In this document: positions 56,401 through 64,000 of the stretch, in pieces | How positions within the stretch are numbered: position 1 is the stretch's first letter | How the letters are laid out: every line of letters begins with the position of its first letter | Assembly (NCBI GenBank): GCA_965203295.1 | Contig: CBDBCZ010000018.1 | Span: forward strand, 2,496,001 to 2,560,000 | DNA length: 64,000 nt | Reading direction: 5' to 3' | Origin: Nitrospirales bacterium | Lineage (GTDB): Bacteria; Nitrospirota; Nitrospiria; Nitrospirales; UBA8639 | Translations under genes and position numbers: made by a program | Notes under the pieces: generated by a model | The model's database searches: none | Seen by the model: only the letters and a program-made list of their open reading frames with translations | Told to the model about the DNA's origin: nothing

Positions 56401-59400
56401 GGTTCTACGCAGACGGTATGCTGCTATAACATGGAGACCCAGAGTGAAGAAATACACGTACTGCAGAACAGGTAGGAATTTCCATCATTGTGGAATCTAC
56501 TGAATGGTGCGTACTACTGTATTCATACTTCATAGTACAATGACCAAGTTTATTATTAGATAAACCGGCTCCAATCCAGGTTGTATCTTGCGATTTAATT
56601 ATCCAGCATACGTATTAGGTCCGAGTGAGTAAATGTGTACAGGTTAGTATGTATATTTACATACATATATAGGCATGTACGTGTATTGGCCGCATTTTGT
56701 GAATCAGTGCTATTTTATAAAAATAATCTGTTACCATTGTATAAATCTATGAGCTGCACAGTGCTAACACTATCTAACCCTAGCCCCAAACCGAACTCTA
56801 ACCCTTATCCTAACCCTAGCCCTATAAAAATACGAATGCACAGTGCAATTTATTTACATTTTTGAGTCAGCTTAGGGTTGGCAGTTATGTAGTAGCTACT
56901 ACTTCCTGCAGCTTTATCTTTTTTTTGCAACTGACTAAAATTGCTTCAGAGATATTATTGTTACTGTTGTATAGCCACACAGATTTTATTATAGGTGCAT
57001 AAAAGTGGGGAGTGGAGACTGGTAACGATGCTACGTATACACACACACATCATAAGGCTGTAGTATTAAGAAGTTGCCCAAAGAATATATAGATAAGTGA
57101 TCTATCATATCTTACAGCTGTGGTGTACTACACTGACCGATTGAAGGAACTAAAGGAGCTTGTTGGGTATGTTTTTATGTATTATGTATTGTGATATTGA
57201 ATTGTTGCTGGTGAAGTATTGCATAACACAGGAATGTGATTTCATTTCATGCATTAATTGATGATACCTAGCCTTAACTAGTCTATTATTGTATGGTTAG
57301 TATATATGATCCATAATATATTCGTCTGCACTGTACAACTGTTGTGTTCTTGCATAGATATGGTAGCCCAGAGGCATAGTCAGTCTTTTTTCACCCCTGC
57401 TCCGTGGCGCTCATACAGTGTCACTGCTGTTTCTTTGTAGCTGCCAAATCAGTCCCAATTTTTTTTTCTGCACTGTGTGGAAACACTATCTGCCGCTGTG
57501 CAGCCTCTTGCACCAGCCCCCGTATTCCGAAACATCTTCCCAAGCCCCTGGGATAGTGGTGAGAACCTTTGTAGTATTCTAGCAATCAGTACCTCTATCT
57601 ATCCACCCACGAACAAATGTTCATGCTCAGTATTAGTGACTGTAGTTAAGAGTTTATACTATTAATCTGGAAGAATAAATTATATAGCAATCAGGATGGT
57701 ACTGGTTAATTAATTAAACATCTGGTTGCTCTTTCTCTCGTCCTCTGACTAGAGGTCTTGCAAGCTCCGCCTGCGTATGTGGGTGCGTGGTCAATGATAT
57801 AAGCGTTATGGCCGCCACATGAGTATATATTATAAGCAACTGCACAGAAGCAGTGAACTACAAACATGCTAGCTACGTAGTGTAGTACAGTCTTCATTCT
57901 CTTTTGAGTACTGCTTTGCATATATAGCACCTGGGATGCTACACAACTGAAGTAGTTTTCATGCAAGATATTCATTGTCACTGAACTGTTTCTACAGGGT
58001 GATAGTGCTTTCACTTTATGAAGAAACTATGTGGCATTGTAGCCCTTTGTGGTTGAATTTTCAATAGCACCTTTTACTCTACAATACGGCTTGCTAGATT
58101 TACATGTAGGTTCTTATCATTAGAGGCTTGAAATAATTATGCTGAGAATAATAGCAAGACAATAGCATAAAGCATGATTCTAGAGTAGTAGCAAACCTCA
58201 TCGTTTATTGGTGGCGTGTGCCAAGATGAGTGGGCTAGCCCTGCCCTCCCGCCGGCAATGCAAGAGAACTGGTAATAGTTTTCTTTGGTCGAGTGGCTAG
58301 CTAGCACTCTATGATAGTATCAATAGCGTCTGATCAAGTGATCGGTGTATTAGTGTCATCATACTTGTCTTTCCTAGAATGCTCACTTAATAATTTTTGT
58401 TACAGTATAGCAAAAGCTGTTATTTGAGAAATAATTTGAAATAAAAATCAAAGAATTGGAGAATAGCATTTATCTCAAGCCTACTCTTCATAATTTGAGA
58501 TAATGCTAATTGAGCTTGTAAATTATTTTGCAATTAATTGTCCACGTGGATGATGCTGGGCCTGAAGTAGGAATGCATGATATATACCTACAGGATTTTC
58601 AGTCATGGGGGATAAACAGTGAGTCTGACTTGCTTCAAAGAATGGATATTATCTTCCTATTCCAAAGCAAATTAATTGCTGACACTACCAATTACGTATA
58701 ATTAAAAGCACAGTCAAAACATAATTTAAGGAAGAAAGGGATTTATAACTGTATCAAAGCATTCAACCCTGTATTAATCACCCTCTTGTGTTGATCCCAT
58801 TATTTCTTTGTATTGTCTGCCAGTCAATACAGTACATACAGTGTGGCTTCCAGGAGCAGAGTAATCAAAGCCTGTGTACATGTATGAACAGCAGTAGATC
58901 AGCCAAATGTAATGACTTGGGAATGTTGTAGTGTACACTGCCTCCACTAGGCAGCCATTACTTGCATGAACAGTATGTCACTTTTGCTACATGTACGGGT
59001 ATATGCCAGCTCCATATACATGTAGTTTGTCCTTCCTTCCCATGGCTACAGTTCTGCTCTCTGTTCATGTGGACTGTTAGTAGTGATATTTATAAACGAC
59101 AAGAAAGTACATATGGCTACAATATGTGCGCCCAGGCTATCAACTTGGCAGTTTTTAATGCACATCACATTCAAATGGGTGCATGGTACTTTATTGGCTG
59201 TTGCGTGCATACACCCTGAAGGGTTAGTCAAAGAGGCCATGCAATTTTTAGCAACACCTAAGAAAGAGGTATGTATGTATATGCAGATCTGAAGTTTACA
59301 ATATAGTTGGATAGGTTACTGTATACATATTAACTGTTCCTAATTTTACATTGCAGTATGTTTATGGTTTACTAAGTAAGTGGAGATACTATTAATATCT

Positions 59401-59834
59401 TACACTTCCATGGACAGCATCTGTTAGGCTACTAACTGGCCAGGAGTTGTATTACACTAGCACGTTCACATACATACATACATATGTGTACGTATGATAG
59501 GTTTTCTGTGAACCACAGTGCAGCTAGCATGTGTTGTGTACGTATTCTGCAGCAAGACAAAACGTTCCAAGGCCTATAGTCATAACTTACAGATTCTAAC
59601 TCCATTTTAATACTGGTGACATCTCTAGCTTAATAAGACAGTTGTACTGATGGTACTTATCTATGTTCTAGCACAAGCCTTCAGCATGACTCTGATTTAC
59701 GTACTTCCATTCAGGATGATGAGCAGTTCCTGGCTGAAGTCGCCAGGGTTTTACTAGAGTATGGCCATTCATCCTCAGCCTTGGAAGTGTGTCATATGAC
59801 CAGTAGCTCGTACCTGCATGTAGTAAAACTGGAG
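56401..59834 (+). pseudogene. Exons of an unidentified gene divergent from RCL1
   Basis: GT-AG candidate exons ~56401-56471, 57118-57166, 57441-57558, 58594-58618, 59052-59268 (frameshifted), 59715-59834 (DDEQFLAEVARVLLEYG...). Confidence 0.5.
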
Positions 59835-59869
59835 GTACTTGGTGCACTCAAGAAACAAGCATATCCTAG

Positions 59870-60946
59870 GGGGTGAAGTATATTCCTTATTGAGATTCTA
59901 AGCTGACACGGTTGCTGCAGGACTGCCTTGGAGGCAACTGCAAAACCACCCTCATTGCTACCATCATACCTGTCTCTAGTACGTAGGTATGCATAGTCAC
60001 TCAATACACTCAAATTTGCCAAAAGGTACTGTCCATGTACATAAGATTAGTGCAATGAATTACGTATGCAGCAATAACCCAGTATAAGATTTGGAAAAAC
60101 AGAGGTACGCGTGTACATACGTGTATACCAGTATCCAGTACTTATTTGCACGTAATTGCACCCACCATGAAAATGAAGTATGAGAATTTACTGTGGTGTA
60201 AGGGAAGCATGCTATTATTATCCTCCATTAAATGTTACATGCAAATACGTAGCAGTCTGTTCACGTACATATTTCATACTAGTAACGGCTGAGTTGTATA
60301 CATATCTGCTGGCAGCCATCACTACTAGCACACCTAGTGTTGTATTCAGAGACCCTGGCTAAATCTGTTTTCTTCAGATTGGTTTGTCTTTACGCTTTTT
60401 AAAACATGCTTCTTATCAGTTCTTTCTTAGCAGTATTCTCTTTCTACATCCACACTTGAATACTCAGGGCAAAAAGTAGCAAGAACACTGTGCAGATCAA
60501 CAAGGACATGTCACAGAAAGCACTGCTGTCAGCCTATCAGCAAGAGATCACAAAGTTGAAGCAACAGCTTGAACACAGGTTCATATTATTAGTACGATAA
60601 TTAAGATATAACCCACTTCAACAGCTAAAACACGTGTACAAACATATTAGCTATTTGTGATAATTGAGATACAGCCTACATCTACATACTGCTGCTATAG
60701 GGAGAATATTTTGGGTCATGAAGAAATTGAGAGGCTTGAAAGAGAAAGGGAGGAAGCTCAAAAGGAAAAGATGAGAAGGGTGCAATTGAGACAAGTCTGC
60801 CATGTTGAATCTACTGCTGTTGAAACGATTCTCCCAATACCTCTCCTTCATAGGCAGCAGTTCTGGAGGCCCACCAACAGTTAATGAGTCAAGCTCAAGC
60901 TGAGAGAGATGCCTTGTATGGCAAGATAGCAGACCTGGAAAAAGTG
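59870..60946 (+). pseudogene. Kinesin pseudogene fragment (end of motor, neck, coiled coil; kinesin-7-like)
   Basis: Exon 59870-60025 [38 protein letters not shown] (two stops and a 4-bp insertion); exons 60468-60578, 60701-60779, 60854-60946. Confidence 0.9.
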
Positions 60947-63900
60947 GTATGTAAAAGCCGTTTGTGAACGGTGTATGTAGGGAAGTAACATATGTATGTG
61001 TGATATGTACATATGCATGTTTTTGCCAAATTACAACTGATCATGTTAGATGTATACGTATACTACCAGCAACCAGCAGCAGAGTTTTTACGAAGCATTT
61101 AATAGCCTGGTAGACTAATTGAGTCAACTCTTACCCATGTAGTTTGGATGCAGGGGATGATAATATTTCGCAGGGCCTGAGATTGTTCTTCCCCGGTCTG
61201 ACATTAACATTATAAAGCTTTCCACTGAAAATCTTTGTAAAGGTTCAACCCCACCACTTGCTTTGTACATACATAGCAGGTGAAAGATTAATATAATCAT
61301 GAGTTGTCATTCAGTAGCACTTAAACTTACGTATTGTGGTATAATAGAGATTGTACCATGGTTGTTTAAACAGACCAATCACATTCACTGCTCACAGGTC
61401 AATAAATCACTTATTCACCTGTCTGGGTTCTTATTCACCTGGCCCTGAGGGTATGACTTAATTAAGGTTGCTATTTTCATGTTGTTTAATACAGGCTAAC
61501 AGTGTAATGTGGAAGTCATATTATTATAATGACAATGCAGACATAAATGAGGCAGCAAGCGTGCATGACTTACAATCAGGAGTATGACGCATAATACGTA
61601 AGCACAAATGACGTATAGAGTGGGGTCCGAACGAACAATTTGGTAGGTGGAGCGTAGGGCGGAGCTAAGACGAGTACAACACTAGCAACGCTACGAGACT
61701 AAGCAGCGCTGGAGCGCCGTCGGTCACGGGTGAGTATCTTCTCGTTGAAACGATAGCTAGGTACAACCGTTATAGGACGAAGTTGATGCTGGTACTCACT
61801 GAGAATAGCGAGAACAACGGAACTTGTTGAAGGCAGTAGGCAAACCGCAGTTGTCGGTATACATTCGCAGCAGAATCCACTGTCGCTAAGCCTCATACTG
61901 ACTGTATTAGCTACTGACACTTTTATAGTAACGCAGTGCGTTGCTACAGAACAGTGTTGCTATGCCCATGGTACAAGTCGGTTATACGCCTCGGGGTTGG
62001 TAGTTACGTGATTTATACACCTCGTGCCTTCGGCACTCGGTGAATAAATCGCGTAACTACCTCCCCCTCGTCGTATAATCTATACATGTGCAGCATATAC
62101 AATCAGGTACATAAGCTGGCCACAAAAAAGGAAATTCTTTGACCCATACGTATATCCCAGCTCTAGTTTAATCAGTTGATTTTGTATTGTGAGTCTGCAC
62201 CATGCACTCCACCTTCATGTCCATCTCCAGGCTGCAATTTCTTCCCTTAGCTTGGTAAAGTACTCCCTCCCTTTCTTCACCTCTGCACACTCATCTTCCG
62301 GCCTTTGTGAATGTACAGTGAAATAAAGTGATATGTGTGAAAAAAGCCTTTCACCACATAAAATCTTACAGTGAAAAAGAAACTTGGAGAGAAGAATAAA
62401 GACCAGTTTCAACCAAATATTAAGTTAATAACACCTCAGCTCTTAGCTAATCATATGTACAAATAAACAGTAACCTTTTGCTCATACTAAAATCACAAAC
62501 CTTACGATGGGAGCCCAGCCCTTGGCTTTGACTCCGCAGATACAAGCCCTTCTCAGGTAGCACAAGCCCTCAACAAGTACAGATCACGACAGCAAGGTAA
62601 CTATTACACATATAGAACTACCATGAACTATGGAAATTTTTGGTCAGCTTTGCCAGCAGCTGTGATATTGCTACCAGCTGTACTACTGTAAAGCTCCCGC
62701 TGCAGCACTCTGGTAACCAATCACAGCCTAACCAACATGGCTAGCACCAGTACTGGAACGACTACAATGCCTAACATGTGAACACACCATTCATTGCATT
62801 CAAATGATAGAAAATACAATGATACCGGTATATATTGTCAAAGTATGGTAGCATTATCTGTATACGTGTACCATCATAACTACTGTTGCAGTGTATGTGT
62901 AGGCACATACTCAGACTATGTGTGCATACATATATGTACGTAATATACCCCCTTTCTCACAGGATGAACCAGACACACCCGAAAAGATTGAAAGAAGATC
63001 TTGTGAGTCCATGAGTTTTTTAAAAGAGAGGCCATTAAGGAAAGTACTGAAGTGGTTAGAGCTTGAATCCATGCACACTGATGTAGATAGAGTGATATCA
63101 AGCTAGTGTTTAATGGTCTTCATACATTTTCTGCAGTAATTACATTTATGGGCATTGTTATGTTCTTCTTAAAGCCCCAGTCAAGCATCATCCCCTGTCT
63201 GCAGAGATGTTAAAGAGTGCTTCTAGAACAGGAACACCTATTTTCTTATCTCTTAATTTCACTATACATATTTATGGGGTTTACAGGAATTCTTATCTCT
63301 TAATTTCACTGTGCATATCAATAGTGTTTCCGCGAATAGACACTGCCCTTCATTAGTAGCCACCGCTATTTTGCCTTCATAAGGTAGAGATTCAGCTCTG
63401 AAGCTATTATAACTGTGATTGAATATGATCTGAACATCTAGCTGTTTTGGAAGTACATACTCTTCCAGTTCCTTTATATTCAAGTCTCCCTTCAATGTTT
63501 TTTTTGTCTGAAACAGAGACTGCAGGGAGTGGACACTGCATCTGTGCAAAGATGTCTCATCTGTTGTTATGTTAACTACAATTGTACTTCAGAATGTAGG
63601 CATGTCTGTACTGTTGCTGGGTTTCTGTCTCACAGATCTTCATGTCCCTCTTCCTGCAGGCTATAGTTTACAAAGCTTTATAGGCCGGAGGAGTGAGCCC
63701 CCTTAGCGCTTATTCACTGCACACCCATAATATTCATCTGGTCAGTGAGTTGTACGTATACCAGTATGTACATTCATGGTATTAACACTTGAGTAACTGT
63801 GTTTAAACAGGCGTGCACTGGTTAGATGTATACATATTTATGTAATCATCATCATCGTCAGGTAAGTACATTCCTGTTTACTTCTTTTTCTCAATCAGGT

Positions 63901-63995
63901 AGCTTTTTTGTCAGGGCAGCTATGGAATTAACCGCATCATTGTAGGGCATGTGCATAGTATGTGTATGCTCCATTTTGTAAGAAGATATGTGCGG
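60080..63995. repeat. Right arm of the inverted segmental duplication; may continue past the window
   Basis: Reverse complement of 49524-52790 with one insertion and one inversion. Confidence 0.9.
61351..62085. mobile_element. TSD-less insertion with asymmetric inverted repeats and a terminal ~95-bp hairpin
   Basis: Absent from the left arm; TTGTACCATGG (61351) / CCATGGTACAA (61966); hairpin 61982-62078 centred on GTGCCTTCGGCAC. Confidence 0.8.
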
Positions 63996-64000
63996 ACTGA

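Noticed and set aside
56774..56825. Telomere-like CTAACCC repeats
   Set aside because: Short and degenerate; such tracts are common inside non-autonomous repeats.

Overview
Eukaryotic (animal) genomic DNA: AT-rich, short GT-AG introns, no prokaryotic genes. A marine invertebrate, plausibly a demosponge, is an inference from the repeat repertoire and gene style. Most ORF-track entries are spurious. The window is dense in transposons and contains many decayed gene fragments. Main items: (1) a ~5 kb element (30202-35241) with 12-bp TIRs, long inverted subterminal motif arrays, and a 7-exon, uninterrupted KDZ-like (Kyakuja/CxC6-type) transposase; (2) a ZMYM1-like hAT transposon with 14-bp TIRs, a 5-bp TSD and an inactivated transposase; (3) a family of 30-85 bp TAG...CTA hairpin insertions with 9-bp TSDs, linked to a RecQ-helicase-bearing AcademH-like remnant; (4) two large inverted duplications, one of Helitron Rep/RPA fragments and one of kinesin exons with a micro-inversion and a TSD-less hairpin insertion; (5) pseudogenes or fragments of RCL1, a kinesin, cbEGF exons and a single-pass receptor, plus the last two exons of an Ig-domain gene; (6) LINE, SINE, pogo, Kolobok-like, PHIS-like and Helentron-like non-autonomous elements, and satellites. 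Exon boundaries were read by eye; family assignments rest on motif recognition, not database searches.
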